A stretch of 64,000 nucleotides of DNA from Gemmatimonadota bacterium (GCA_039588295.1 JBDHAB010000004.1:1-64000); one strand, 5' to 3'. Positions 7,394 to 20,922 are shown, numbered from the stretch's first letter. Translations and numbers: made by a program. The notes: generated from the letters alone by a model not told the origin.

Positions 7394-8157
7394 TCGTGTT
7401 CCGCGACGTGCACAAACGCTTTGGCAGCAAGGAAGTGCTGCGCGGGTTCTCCCTCGAAGTGCAGGAGGGGGAGACGACGGTGATCATCGGTCACTCCGGC
7501 AGCGGGAAGAGTGTCTCGCTCAAGCACGTGGTGGGTCTCTTGACCCCCGACGAAGGCGCGGTCGAAGTCGATGGCCAGATCGTGCATCAGCTGAACCGCG
7601 AGGGCCTGACCGCGCTGCGCAGTCGCATCGGATTCGTCTTTCAGTTTGCCGCGCTGTTCGATTCCATGACCGTGCGGGAGAACTTGGCGCTCGGCCTCAA
7701 ACGGCAGAAGCTGGAAGACCGGATCATCGAGGAACGCGTGCGCCACTCGCTGGCGCTGGTCGATCTCGAGGGAGCGGAGATGCGGTACCCCGCTGAGCTG
7801 TCCGGCGGGATGCGCAAGCGGGTGGGACTCGCCCGAGCGATCGCGCTGCGCCCGCAGTACCTTCTGTACGATGAGCCGACCACGGGGCTCGACCCGGTGA
7901 CGTCGGCCGTCATCAATCAGCTGATGATCCGCACGCGGGAGAAGCTCGGCGTGACCGGGATCGTCGTGACGCACGATCTGACCAGCGCGTACGCGGTCGG
8001 TGACCGCATCGCCATGCTGTACCGCGGACAGATCCGACAGGTGGGAACGGCCGACCAGATCCGGCGCACGCACGACCCTATTGTGCGGCAGTTCATCGAA
8101 GGACGTCCGGAGCAGGCCGCAGGACTCGAGGAGTCGTCGATGGAGACGCAACCGTGA
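7390..8157 (+). CDS. mlaF: MlaF-family ABC ATPase
   Basis: Walker A GHSGSGKS, LSGGMRKRVGLARA, YDEPTTGLDP; ATG overlaps the mlaE stop. Confidence 0.93.
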   Translation: MIVFRDVHKRFGSKEVLRGFSLEVQEGETTVIIGHSGSGKSVSLKHVVGLLTPDEGAVEVDGQIVHQLNREGLTALRSRIGFVFQFAALFDSMTVRENLALGLKRQKLEDRIIEERVRHSLALVDLEGAEMRYPAELSGGMRKRVGLARAIALRPQYLLYDEPTTGLDPVTSAVINQLMIRTREKLGVTGIVVTHDLTSAYAVGDRIAMLYRGQIRQVGTADQIRRTHDPIVRQFIEGRPEQAAGLEESSMETQP

Positions 8158-9173
8158 AACGGCGGGACGAACTGATCGTCGGCGCAACCATCGTCATCGC
8201 GCTCGCCGTGATCGTCGCCGGGGCGTTCTGGCTGTCGGACACCCGGATTGGCGCGTCTGCGGAGCAGTACGTTGCGCGGTTCCGCACCGTCGGCGGACTC
8301 GGGGTGGGGAACCCGGTCGTGTTGCGCGGCGTGCGGGTCGGCCGGATCGAGGCCATTCGCCTGGCCGAGAGCAACTGGGTCGAAGCCGAGTTGCAGGTCT
8401 ACGAAGGGGTCGATCTCCCCGACCGGCGGGCGATCATTGCCGCGTCGCGGTCGCTGTTCGGCGAGTGGCAGGCCACGATCATCAGCCTGGACCAGCCGCC
8501 CGACGATCCCAACGTCCGGCGGGAGTTGGAAGAAGCGCTCGCGGTGAGCGAGGAACGGGGTGACGGCATTTGGCCCGGAACGACGCTGCCGGATATCGGC
8601 GAGCTCACGGCCCAGGCGAATCGGATCGCCACCGACATCACGACGATTTCCGCGCGGGTCCAGACGGTGTTCGACTCCAACGCGGTGGCGGAGCTGCAGC
8701 AAGCGATCCGCAACTTCACGGGGATCGCGGACAACATCAACCGGTTCACGCAGCAACAGACCGCCATCATCGGAGAGGTTGGCACCAACCTGCGGCAGGG
8801 CTCGGATGTCTTGGCTGACGCGGCACGACGCCTCCAGGCCTCGCTTGCCCGGGTGGACGAAGCCACCGAGGAAGGGGAACTCGAGACCATCTTCAGCAAC
8901 ACGGCCGCCGCGTCCACGTCCGCGCGTGAAGCGCTCGAGGACTTTCGTCAGATCGTGGGTGTCGCCCGAGCGAACGACACGACCTTGGTGCGGCTCATTC
9001 AGGGGGCCGATTCGCTCATCACCCGACTGGAGGAGGGAACGGGCACGCTGGGTCTCTTGGTGAGCGACTCCGAGCTCTACTCCGAGGCCACCCTGGCCGT
9101 CCGGGAGCTCCGCCTGCTCATCGCCGACATCCAGGCGAACCCACGTAAGTACTTCAAGTTCTCGGTCTTTTAG
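8154..9173 (+). CDS. mlaD: MlaD/MCE-family protein
   Basis: N-terminal TM; GGLGVGNPVVLRGVRVGRI; helical C-terminus ending NPRKYFKFSVF. Confidence 0.9.
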   Translation: MKRRDELIVGATIVIALAVIVAGAFWLSDTRIGASAEQYVARFRTVGGLGVGNPVVLRGVRVGRIEAIRLAESNWVEAELQVYEGVDLPDRRAIIAASRSLFGEWQATIISLDQPPDDPNVRRELEEALAVSEERGDGIWPGTTLPDIGELTAQANRIATDITTISARVQTVFDSNAVAELQQAIRNFTGIADNINRFTQQQTAIIGEVGTNLRQGSDVLADAARRLQASLARVDEATEEGELETIFSNTAAASTSAREALEDFRQIVGVARANDTTLVRLIQGADSLITRLEEGTGTLGLLVSDSELYSEATLAVRELRLLIADIQANPRKYFKFSVF

Positions 9174-9631
9174 TGTCCGGGCGGTCGACAGCGAAGCGGG
9201 AGACGAGCGCAGGTGGCGTAATCGTGCGCTGCGCCGATGACGGTCCCCGCTTTCTCCTCATTCTGGACGGATACCACAACTGGGGGTTTCCCAAGGGGCA
9301 CATCGATGAGGGGGAAGCACCCGACATAGCGGCACGTCGTGAGATCAAGGAGGAAACCGGACTCGACGACCTGATCCTTCGCGCGCCACTGGGGATGATC
9401 GACTGGTTCTTTCGGTTGAAGGGGCAGTTGATCCACAAGTATTGCCACTACTACCTGTTCGAGTCGCGGACGGGAGAGGTGGTGCCGCAAGGGGACGAGG
9501 GAATCCTCGCCTGTGAGTGGTTTGGCGCGCGCGAGGTCGTCAAGACGGTCTCGTATGACAATGCGCGTGTGATTCTGCGGACGGCGATCCAACTCGTCCC
9601 GCAGTTCTGCAGCGACACGCCACCGAGGTAA
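9173..9631 (+). CDS. NUDIX hydrolase
   Basis: PKGHIDEGEAPDIAARREIKEETGL Nudix box. Confidence 0.93.
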   Translation: MSGRSTAKRETSAGGVIVRCADDGPRFLLILDGYHNWGFPKGHIDEGEAPDIAARREIKEETGLDDLILRAPLGMIDWFFRLKGQLIHKYCHYYLFESRTGEVVPQGDEGILACEWFGAREVVKTVSYDNARVILRTAIQLVPQFCSDTPPR

Positions 9632-9651
9632 GGAGCTTCACGGAACCGGCC

Positions 9652-10422
9652 ATGCTTGTCGTGCCGGTCGTACACAAGAGCACCGCCCTGAGGGCGACGA
9701 TCCGCCGCGGGCTCCCACGGCGCGGGTGGCGGGTCGAGCGGTGCCGCTCCGTCGAGCGACTGCGGGGCCTGCTCCGGCGTCGTCTGGTGGATGCGGTGGT
9801 CGTGGACGTGCGGAGCGGCGGCACGGACACGCTGTTCACCCTGCTCGAGCAATTCCCCCGCATTCCGTTCGTGGCGCTGAGCGCGTTTCGGCCGGACGAC
9901 GCCTCCTTGATCCGGGCGTGCCGTGCCGCGGGTGTCGCCCAGGTGCTCGTGCAGGGCGTCGATGACAGCGCCGCCGGCGAGTTGATCCTCGCGGTGGCCG
10001 CGTCCCGCCGGCGCCTCGCGGAACTGGGCGATGCCGTGCGGGTCCTCCGGCTCAGCGAGCCCATTCAGCGGAAGGCGTGGGAGGAGGTGGTGACCCGCGT
10101 CGGCACCCGGACGACCACCGGCGACATCGCCAAAGCACTACACAGGAGCCGGGAGTATCTCTCCCGTGAGTTTGGGGCGGGCGGCGCGCCCAACCTCAAG
10201 CGGGTGATCGATCTGGTGCGGACCGCCTGGGCCGCCGATCTGCTCGCCAACCCCGGCTACGCCGTCACCGACGTCGCCACCATCCTCCAGTTCGCCTCGC
10301 CGAGCCACCTCGCCGACTGCGCACGCCGCGTGGCTGGTGTGGCACCTCGTGACTTGCCCGCGCTCGGCCCCCGCGGGGTGCTGGCGCGGTTCGTTCGAGG
10401 CAGGATGCGGAGTCGGGTGTGA
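9652..10422 (+). CDS. AraC-type HTH regulator with receiver-like N-domain
   Basis: DAVVVDV..FPRIPFVALSA (receiver-like); C-terminal AADLLANPGYAVTDVATILQFASPSHL. Confidence 0.75.
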   Translation: MLVVPVVHKSTALRATIRRGLPRRGWRVERCRSVERLRGLLRRRLVDAVVVDVRSGGTDTLFTLLEQFPRIPFVALSAFRPDDASLIRACRAAGVAQVLVQGVDDSAAGELILAVAASRRRLAELGDAVRVLRLSEPIQRKAWEEVVTRVGTRTTTGDIAKALHRSREYLSREFGAGGAPNLKRVIDLVRTAWAADLLANPGYAVTDVATILQFASPSHLADCARRVAGVAPRDLPALGPRGVLARFVRGRMRSRV

Positions 10423-10544
10423 GGAAGTGACAAGGGGAAAGGGTGAAGAGGGCGAGGAGAGCAGGGTGGTAACTCACCGCCTCCCAGGGTATGTTTCCGC
10501 CGGCTTTTTCCGACATCCGCTAACGATTCGACGCACAGACAACC

Positions 10545-12080
<1,536 letters not shown>

Positions 12081-12088
12081 GATCGACG

Positions 12089-12952
12089 ATGGCCAAGACA
12101 CGCGAGCTCAGGCGCCGTATCCGCTCGGTGGAGAATACGCGCCAGATTACCAAGACGATGGAGATGGTGGCCACGTCGCGGTTGAAGCGGGCGCAGGACC
12201 GGGTGGTCGCGGCGCGACCGTACGCCAGCGCGCTCGCCGACGTGATCGCTAGCCTGTACGATCCCTCGCTGGTCGAGCGGTTCCCCCTCCTGCGCCAACC
12301 GGAAGGCAAGCCCAAGAGCGTCGCCCTCGTGTTCATCACGAGTAATCGTGGTCTCTGCGGCGGGTTCAACGCCAACCTGATCCAGGACGCGAAGGGCCAG
12401 CTGGAGCAGCTCGAGGGGCTGGGGGCCGAGGTCGAGGTGCACGCGATCGGACGCAAAGGGATCGGGTACTTCAAGTACGTCGGGCGGGCGCCTGCAGTTG
12501 CGCGCCCGGATATCGGTGACCGGCCAACCTGGGACCACGCGGTGGAGTTGGTGGATCCGCTCATGGAGCGGTTCGAGTGCGGCGAGTTGGATGCCGTACA
12601 AGTGGTGTTCGCGAAGTTCAACAGCCCCATGTCCACGCCACCCACCCTCCTTCCCATTCTGCCGATCACGCCACCGACCAGGGACACGGTGCCCAACTAC
12701 CTGCTCCGTCCGTCTGCAGCGGAGATCCTGCGCGTGGTGCTGCCGCTCTACGTGCAGAACCAAATGTACCGGGCACTGGTGGAGACCGCCGCCTCGGAGC
12801 ATGGCGCGCGACGGACGGCGATGAAGAGTGCCACGGACAACGCAGGAGACATGATCGACTTCCTGCGTCGAACCTACAACCGCGCGCGTCAGGCGCAGAT
12901 CACGCAGGAGCTCGCGGAGATCGTGGGTGGGGCGGAGGCGTCGAAGGGGTAG
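12089..12952 (+). CDS. atpG: F1 ATP synthase subunit gamma
   Basis: MAKTRELRRRIRSV; RGLCGGFN; YNRARQAQITQEL. Confidence 0.98.
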   Translation: MAKTRELRRRIRSVENTRQITKTMEMVATSRLKRAQDRVVAARPYASALADVIASLYDPSLVERFPLLRQPEGKPKSVALVFITSNRGLCGGFNANLIQDAKGQLEQLEGLGAEVEVHAIGRKGIGYFKYVGRAPAVARPDIGDRPTWDHAVELVDPLMERFECGELDAVQVVFAKFNSPMSTPPTLLPILPITPPTRDTVPNYLLRPSAAEILRVVLPLYVQNQMYRALVETAASEHGARRTAMKSATDNAGDMIDFLRRTYNRARQAQITQELAEIVGGAEASKG

Positions 12953-14448
<1,496 letters not shown>

Positions 14449-14449
<1 letters not shown>

Positions 14450-14721
14450 TGATGCATGTCACGGTGATTTCACCAGAATCAACGGTATTCGAGGGCGGCG
14501 CCAGCACCGTCGTCGCGCCGGCGTATGACGGACTCGTTGGGATTCTGCCGGGGCACGCCCCGTTCGTGACGTTGCTCGGCGACGGAATCCTGACCATCCG
14601 CGCGGATGCGGCGGCACGCAGCTTCCACGTGCGACACGGTTTCTTGCAGGTGGAGGACGATACGGTGCGGGTCGTCGCCGAACAAGCGGAGGAAGAGAAA
14701 GGAGTGCAGCATGGCACATAG
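14449..14721 (+). CDS. atpC: F1 ATP synthase subunit epsilon (short form)
   Basis: VISPE..GILPGHAPFVTLLGDG..GFLQV; lacks most of the C-terminal helices. Confidence 0.93.
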
Positions 14722-15319
14722 GTCCGGTCTGCTCGCAGGCGTCGCCTTGCTCGCGATCGCCGGTGCGGCGTCTGCGCAAAGCACGGGGATGCCTTCGTAC
14801 AACGCCCCCTATCGTGCGTTCGCGCGCCACGAGTTTGGGGGGACGCTGAGTTTTCCGGAAGGTCCGTTTACGGGCATCGAGGGCCAGTACCGCTTCGGGT
14901 TCCGCACCTGGGACATCGGGTTCCGGGGTGGGATTCTCGATACGCCTGACGGTTTCGATACGGAGATTCTCGCGGGGGTAACCGGCCGGGTGCGGGTGCT
15001 GACGCACACCGAGGACTTCCCGTTGGACGGCGCCGTGGTGCTCGGTATCGGCGGCCAGTTCGTGTCCGATGCGTCGACGCTCGTGGTGCCAGCCGGACTC
15101 TCGCTCGGTCGCCGCCTCGACGTCGAGGGATCGCAGGTCAGCATCGTGCCATATGCGCAGCCGACCCTGTTCTTGCTTTCGGGACCTGGCGACACCGACG
15201 TGCGGTTCGCGTTGGGGTTCGGGGCTGATTTCCGGCTCAGCCGAGTATTCGACCTCCGAGCCAGTGCCAGCGTCGGAGACCTCGAGGGCTTCGCCCTGAG
15301 CGTGGTCTGGGTCAGGTAG
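14711..15319 (+). CDS. Putative outer-membrane beta-barrel protein
   Basis: Signal peptide ending ASA-Q; alternating amphipathic strands; ends FALSVVWVR. Confidence 0.75.
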   Translation: MAHRSGLLAGVALLAIAGAASAQSTGMPSYNAPYRAFARHEFGGTLSFPEGPFTGIEGQYRFGFRTWDIGFRGGILDTPDGFDTEILAGVTGRVRVLTHTEDFPLDGAVVLGIGGQFVSDASTLVVPAGLSLGRRLDVEGSQVSIVPYAQPTLFLLSGPGDTDVRFALGFGADFRLSRVFDLRASASVGDLEGFALSVVWVR

Positions 15320-15531
15320 GTCCCGCAGCTTGAGGCGCAAACCGTTAGTAGAGAAGGAGTTCTGGCGTCGGTGCGCGGTGTACGGGAGGATTTATTAGCC
15401 GACGCTAATGCTTGCAAGAGGTATTGACGTATGGCCGTTGACTGCATAGCCTATAGCGCGACTTGTGAGGGGCCCGACGGAAGTGACCGTCGGGCAAGGG
15501 GTTAACTACGGCAACCAGACTCAGGAGAGTT

Positions 15532-16215
15532 GTGATGACCAAGATTCTCGGACGAATTGCTGCAGTCGTGGCGGTGCTCGGCTTCCTGGCCGCACCGGCG
15601 GCAGCGCAGATCCACGACAACGCGGTGTTCGGTGCCATGCCTGGCACCGGTGTCACCGTCTCCGGTGATTTCGCACTCGCCGTCAGCGACGACGCGAAGA
15701 TCGGCGGCGAGAACCCGCTCTATGCCGGTGGCCGTATCCAGATCGGTCTGCCGATGTTCGGCGTGTGGGCCGGCGCTGGTGTCAGCCCGCTCGGCATTGA
15801 CGGCGCGGACAAGAACCTCGGGTTCGGCGGCGGGGCGGGCGTACACGTCCTCAACGCGCCGATGATGCCGGTCTCCGTCTCGATTCAGGCGGGCGTGGGC
15901 TACCTCAGCGCGACCGGAGGCAACCTGCTCAACTTCGTCGGTGGCCCGATGATCACCATCAACGTGCCGAGCGCCGGTGTGGCCGTGAAGCCGTGGATCT
16001 ATCCGCGGGTGCAGTATCAGAAGATCACGGACGTCGATGGCGAGCTGGGCTTCGGCGCGTCGGGTGGCCTGATGGTCACCATGCCGATGGGCCTTGGCTT
16101 CCAGGCCAGCGTCGACTTCCTGTCGATCAAGTACGGTGACTTTGAGCGTGAGAGCCAGATGAGGGCAGCGTTCGGCGCGCACTACAAGATCGTGGTGCCG
16201 AGCCTCGGGATGTAA
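15532..16215 (+). CDS. Putative outer-membrane beta-barrel protein
   Basis: Signal peptide ending AAA-Q; Gly-rich amphipathic strands; RBS AGGAG; strongly biased codons. Confidence 0.8.
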   Translation: MMTKILGRIAAVVAVLGFLAAPAAAQIHDNAVFGAMPGTGVTVSGDFALAVSDDAKIGGENPLYAGGRIQIGLPMFGVWAGAGVSPLGIDGADKNLGFGGGAGVHVLNAPMMPVSVSIQAGVGYLSATGGNLLNFVGGPMITINVPSAGVAVKPWIYPRVQYQKITDVDGELGFGASGGLMVTMPMGLGFQASVDFLSIKYGDFERESQMRAAFGAHYKIVVPSLGM

Positions 16216-16250
16216 GGTTTCGTTCCGACGAGACCTGACGTAGTTTGACG

Positions 16251-16285
16251 GGGCGCTCTCGGGATCTCCCGAGGGCGCCCTGTTT
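16251..16285 (+). terminator. Intrinsic terminator
   Basis: gggcgctctcggga-tc-tcccgagggcgccc followed by tgttt. Confidence 0.75.
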
Positions 16286-16308
16286 CACATTCCACAACTT
16301 GGGGCGAG

Positions 16309-16692
16309 ATGGCGGTGCGAGCGGAGCTTCGACGGCACATGGTCTCGGTGGCTACACTGGGAGTTCTGTTGGCCACGGCGGGGTGCGTGCAGACCTTCGA
16401 TGCCACGACCCTAGGGGTCGAGGCGACCATGGCGTCAGCCGCCTCCGCACCAGCCGAGGGTGAGCGGTTCAGCGTGAGCAAGAAGTCGGTGTTCCTGCTG
16501 TTCGGCATGCTGTCCGCGTCCCGACCGTCGCTGCAAGACATCCTGGCCGCCCAGGTCACGGGGGATGCACACGTGGCCGACCTCCGCGTCAGAGTGCGGA
16601 GCCGCTGGTCGGACGTCCTGTTCACCGTGCTGACCGCGGGACTCGTCGTGCCGCGGACCATTACGTTCGAGGGGGTCGTCGTCGGTCAGTGA
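16309..16692 (+). CDS. Small lipoprotein (Bor-like)
   Basis: Lipobox TAGC; VFLLFG..TVLTAGLVVPRTI resembles Bor/Iss-type lipoproteins. Confidence 0.7.
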   Translation: MAVRAELRRHMVSVATLGVLLATAGCVQTFDATTLGVEATMASAASAPAEGERFSVSKKSVFLLFGMLSASRPSLQDILAAQVTGDAHVADLRVRVRSRWSDVLFTVLTAGLVVPRTITFEGVVVGQ

Positions 16693-16734
16693 CCTGGGGC
16701 GGCCCGCGCCAGCCGCCCCGGTCACGGTTTGAGC

Positions 16735-17289
16735 TTACGGCGAGCTGACGATCCCGCCCAACCGTAACGCAATCGTGATCTCATTGAGGTCCGAGTCGAA
16801 CCAGCGACGATAGCCGGCTTCGAACCCCACGGCGAATCCCTCGTTCACCAGGACGCGGTATCCCACGCGGGCACCGGCCCCGAACTCGCTGTCCGAATCG
16901 GAGAATTCGGTATCGACGTACTGGATGGCGCCGCTCACGGCCACGTATGCCGAGTTGCGGGCAGCTCCGGAGAACGCGTAGCCGAAGTTGGCAGCCGCGG
17001 CCAGCATCGTGAGGGTCTCACCCTCCCCGGTCAGGAGGTTGAAGGAGAGTTCCGGTTGGACCATCACACCCTTGCCGAAGAAGACGGTTGCATAGAGGGG
17101 AGCTTGGGCTCCGAACAGGCCGACCGATCCCTGGGCCGGCCCGGGCGCGCTGATGTGTGTGATGGTGCCACCATTGGTGAGAATACTTGCACCAATTCCG
17201 GAACCGATCTCGACGGTACTCCCCTGTTGTGCCGAGAGTGCGGCTGGGACCAACAGCAGGGCAACGAGAGTTGCGATCGGCTTTGTCAT
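16735..17289 (-). CDS. Outer-membrane beta-barrel (OmpA/porin-like) protein
   Basis: Signal peptide ending LSA-Q; FGAGARVGYR..GFEAGYRRWF strands. Confidence 0.78.
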   Translation of the reverse strand: MTKPIATLVALLLVPAALSAQQGSTVEIGSGIGASILTNGGTITHISAPGPAQGSVGLFGAQAPLYATVFFGKGVMVQPELSFNLLTGEGETLTMLAAAANFGYAFSGAARNSAYVAVSGAIQYVDTEFSDSDSEFGAGARVGYRVLVNEGFAVGFEAGYRRWFDSDLNEITIALRLGGIVSSP

Positions 17290-17325
17290 GGCACCCTCCG
17301 TGGCTGATGGGTGCCCCAACATAGG

Positions 17326-18591
17326 TCACCCCATCAACGACACCAGACGATCGACCGTCACCTTCGCGGCTCCGTGTGTCACCGTGCCTCGTGCGAGGAG
17401 CCCTATGGAGCTGCGCCGCGTCGGGTCGCGAAGCCACTCAGACCACACGCTCGCAAGAGCGAGCTGCGGCTCGCGGGCTGGGAGGGGTATGGCACCGCCG
17501 GCGGTGACGAGCGCGCTCGCGTCCGCCGATGCCGCCCATTGAGGCCCTACCAGCACAGGCAGTGCATAGGCGGCCGGCTCGATCACCGCGTGAAGCCGGT
17601 TCCGCCGGAAGCCACCTCCGACGTAGGCCAGCGCACCCAACGCATAGGAATCGAAGAGCAACCCCCGCGCTCCGACGATCACGCAGCGGGAGCGAGGCAT
17701 ACCCTCTCCCGGCGTCCACACCGCTGCGTCCAGGTTGGCGTCCGTCGTTCGGCGGCGAAGCCGGTGCAGGGAAGCATGGCTCGGGTCGTGTGGCACCAAC
17801 ATCACGCCGGCATTGGGAACGTCGCCGAGCACCTGTCCCGCCGCTGCGGCCAGGATGGACTCGTCGGACGGCTCGAGGCTTCCGGCGACCAGCACCGGCC
17901 GGTCGCTGGCCCACGCCAGCAGCGAGTGGAGCGGCGCGATGTCGGGAATGCGCTCGATCACCTCATCGTGTCGCGGGTCACCAGTCATGTCGACGATCGA
18001 GTCGGCGGCACCCATCCGCCGGCATCGCGCCGCGTCTTCTGGGGTTGCGGCCCCGATCCACGAAACCCTTTCGAGCAGCTCGGCGTAGAGTGATCGGGTG
18101 GGGAGGCGGAGCCTGAGGCTCCCGGGCCGTACGGACGCGCCGAACGCGACAACCGGGATGTTTCGTTGCGTCGCCCGCGCCACGAGTTCCGGCCAGAGAT
18201 CTCCGCGGGCGAACGCCAACAATGATGGCGCAACCACGTCGAGCACTGCTTCCACGTGTCTGGGCTCGTCGAGTGGCACGTAGTCGGCATAGCTGCGCGC
18301 AAACGGTGCGGGCCACCGGGCGGCTGACGGCGAGGAGTACGAGTGCACGACCTGGAGCCCGGGACGCCGGGCCAGTAGGCGGCGGATCACGGGGCTCGCC
18401 GTGAGCCCCTCACCGACGGAGGCGGCGTGAACCCAAATGAGTGGACCACTCGACCGCCCGCCGTCGGCCCAGTGTGCCCATCGCACCGCAGCGCCCCGCC
18501 GCCCCTTGACGCTGGTGCGCAGCGCCCCAGGCGGCAGGGGGAACCGGTGTATGGCGCGTGCAGCCAGGCGATAGCCGGTCGAGTGTCTCAC
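17326..18591 (-). CDS. waaA: Kdo transferase
   Basis: IWVHAASVGE; DYVPLDEP; TGDPRHD; LVPHDP; YVGGGF..HAVIEPAAYALPVLVGP. Confidence 0.9.
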   Translation of the reverse strand: MRHSTGYRLAARAIHRFPLPPGALRTSVKGRRGAAVRWAHWADGGRSSGPLIWVHAASVGEGLTASPVIRRLLARRPGLQVVHSYSSPSAARWPAPFARSYADYVPLDEPRHVEAVLDVVAPSLLAFARGDLWPELVARATQRNIPVVAFGASVRPGSLRLRLPTRSLYAELLERVSWIGAATPEDAARCRRMGAADSIVDMTGDPRHDEVIERIPDIAPLHSLLAWASDRPVLVAGSLEPSDESILAAAAGQVLGDVPNAGVMLVPHDPSHASLHRLRRRTTDANLDAAVWTPGEGMPRSRCVIVGARGLLFDSYALGALAYVGGGFRRNRLHAVIEPAAYALPVLVGPQWAASADASALVTAGGAIPLPAREPQLALASVWSEWLRDPTRRSSIGLLARGTVTHGAAKVTVDRLVSLMG

Positions 18592-18617
18592 GGGGAAACG
18601 GGGCTACCTTGCGTGTG

Positions 18618-19361
18618 ATGCGTTCAATGTCGCTGCAGCAGTACCTCGCCACCAGTCGCCAGCTGCGCTACAGCGTCCTGTTTGCGTTTCCCCTCTTCGT
18701 GTTGTACGAGGGGCTCGCAGGACTCCTCTCCCAAAGCGCGGTCGCCGGCGTGCGCAACGGTGCCGACGTGTTGCTCAAGACCTTGTTCGTGTCGTTGGGT
18801 GGGCGCCCGGGACTGATGGTCTTCGGCGTGCTGCTACTCGGCATCGGCGGTTGGATCGTGTGGCGCGATCACAAGGCTCGCGCCACCCCCATCGAGCCAC
18901 GCGTGTTTGCCGGCATGTTCGCCGAGAGCGTGGTGTATGCGGCGTTGTTCGGCCAGACGGTTGCACTGCTCACCACGTGGCTCCTCCGAGGACCTGTGTA
19001 CATCACGGTGGCTCAGGCGCCAGTCGAGATGTTGCCGCTCGGGACCCAACTGGTGGTCTCGCTCGGGGCGGGCATCTACGAAGAGTTGTTGTTTCGAGTG
19101 CTCTTGGTCTCGGCGCTGCTGGCCATCGGCCTTCGTCTGGGATGGAGTCGGCGCCTAGCCGTTGGCGTCGCCGTCGCGGCGAGTGCACTGATCTTCAGTG
19201 GGTTCCACTACATCGGGCCGTACGGCGACGAGCTGACGATGGCGTCCTTCACCTTTCGGGCGATCGCGGGGGTGCTGTTGAGCGGGCTCTACGTGGCCCG
19301 GGGCTTCGGGGTAGCCGCGTGGACCCACGCACTCTATGACGTGGGACTGGCGTTGTTCTGA
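18618..19361 (+). CDS. CPBP/Abi-family intramembrane metalloprotease
   Basis: GIYEELLFR, IFSGFHY, AAWTHALYD. Confidence 0.9.
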   Translation: MRSMSLQQYLATSRQLRYSVLFAFPLFVLYEGLAGLLSQSAVAGVRNGADVLLKTLFVSLGGRPGLMVFGVLLLGIGGWIVWRDHKARATPIEPRVFAGMFAESVVYAALFGQTVALLTTWLLRGPVYITVAQAPVEMLPLGTQLVVSLGAGIYEELLFRVLLVSALLAIGLRLGWSRRLAVGVAVAASALIFSGFHYIGPYGDELTMASFTFRAIAGVLLSGLYVARGFGVAAWTHALYDVGLALF

Positions 19362-19462
19362 CGGGCTGGAAAAGAGCCGCCAGCCTGCAGCCGACCACTG
19401 GTCGTCCGGCTCTCTCTCCGGTGCCGAAACGTCAGGCGGCCTGATGTTGACTGACGGCTCCC

Positions 19463-20158
19463 TTACTGCCCGCCGTCCTTCTCGGCGAACAGCGAATCGA
19501 GGATTGGGCGCCAGGTGTCGATGGGCGCGAATCCCGCGAGCAGTGCGTCTTGGATGACGAAGGACGGCGTGCTCTGCAAGCCCGCACGAAAGCTCATTTC
19601 CGCTTCCTGCTGGATGATGGGCCGCACTGCTCCAGTGGTGAAGCACTGCTCCAAGTCGTCACGATCGAGTTGACTCGAATCGGCTAAGCTCCGGAAGTAG
19701 GGTGCCGGGTCGTCCAGCCGTGCCCACTCGCCCTGATACTGATACAGCAGATCGTGCACGGGCCAGAAACGGTCCTGCAGCGCCGCGCACATCGCAAACT
19801 CATGTGCCGCCGCGGCATTCGGATGGAGTTGGACCAACGGCAGGTTGAGGAAGATGAACCGGATCTTCCCGGTGCTGATGTACTCCCGTTCCAGCGCCGG
19901 GAGGGTTTGTTCCCAGAACGAGCGGCAATACGGGCACTGGAAGTCACTCACTTCGAACACGGTGATCGGTGCGTCGGCCTCACCCTTGGTACGGGCTTCG
20001 AGTAACGGATCCACCTGGGAGGGGAGCAGCTGCTCGTTCGCCTCGGTGAGTTGTGCTGCGCCGTCGGCGGCCCGGGCGCCCCGGGTCATCCAGGCAGCAC
20101 CGGCTGCGACGGCGGCGATCGCCAGCGCAACCAGTACCACGACCATTGGGTGTTTCAC
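19463..20158 (-). CDS. DsbA-family thioredoxin-fold protein
   Basis: SDFQCPYC; STPSF; N-terminal TM. GTG start at 20158 is likely. Confidence 0.92.
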   Translation of the reverse strand: MKHPMVVVLVALAIAAVAAGAAWMTRGARAADGAAQLTEANEQLLPSQVDPLLEARTKGEADAPITVFEVSDFQCPYCRSFWEQTLPALEREYISTGKIRFIFLNLPLVQLHPNAAAAHEFAMCAALQDRFWPVHDLLYQYQGEWARLDDPAPYFRSLADSSQLDRDDLEQCFTTGAVRPIIQQEAEMSFRAGLQSTPSFVIQDALLAGFAPIDTWRPILDSLFAEKDGGQ

Positions 20159-20208
20159 CGTGCCTCGCTTTCCGATCGCGGGAGGGTGCCTCGGTCTCCC
20201 GTCTCTCT

Positions 20209-20922
20209 CTAATGTCGCCAGCGTCTCGTACTGTTCCCAGGGTTGAGTGGGAGCCGCACAGGCACCAGGCGTGTCGCGGTCACCGGAACGTTCCAGTAAT
20301 ACTCCAGGAACGGGTTGTCCGGATCCGGCAGCAGCGCAATGAGCCACCATCGCCCGGAAGCCAGTTCCAGCACGGCGGCGCCCGAGGAGTCCGTGACAGC
20401 GTCGACGACCTCTCGATCCGCTTCGGCCACCTTCGCCGCCGCCACGTCGGGGTAGTCGGCGTACGCCCCATACTCCCACGTTCGGAGCGATTCTGCCGCC
20501 ACGGTGGCTCGGCGTACGAGGTCCAAGTCCGCGCCGCCAAGTTGACGCAGTGCGTTATCACGGTCGGCGGCGCGTTGGGCCAGGCGCGCGTAGAGCTGCC
20601 GGAAGCGCCCGTAGGCCTGGGCGTACCCGGGCTGGTCACGATCCATCGCGTTCAGGGAGTCGGCAAGCTGCGACACTGTGTCACGGAGGGCACGCCACGG
20701 ACGGGTGGCATCGTCGACGCTGTCCCCCGCCGGGCGCCGGTAATCCCACAGCTCCGCCACGAGGTCCTCGAACGAGGGCTGTGGGGAACGCGCGGCCGCA
20801 GCGAGCGAATCGAGGATGCTGTCGGGGTCGAACGGCAGCGCGGTGACCTCGAGCTGGGTAATCGGTGCACCGGCTTCCCACTCCGCGCGGAGGTGGACCT
20901 CCGCGTGCCCATTGCATGCCAT
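20209..20922 (-). CDS. Hypothetical lipoprotein (true start probably upstream)
   Basis: Coding-like ORF; the in-frame upstream sequence RLLRLAASGWVCSLMAC looks like a lipoprotein signal but has no canonical start codon. Confidence 0.65.
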   Translation of the reverse strand: MACNGHAEVHLRAEWEAGAPITQLEVTALPFDPDSILDSLAAAARSPQPSFEDLVAELWDYRRPAGDSVDDATRPWRALRDTVSQLADSLNAMDRDQPGYAQAYGRFRQLYARLAQRAADRDNALRQLGGADLDLVRRATVAAESLRTWEYGAYADYPDVAAAKVAEADREVVDAVTDSSGAAVLELASGRWWLIALLPDPDNPFLEYYWNVPVTATRLVPVRLPLNPGNSTRRWRH

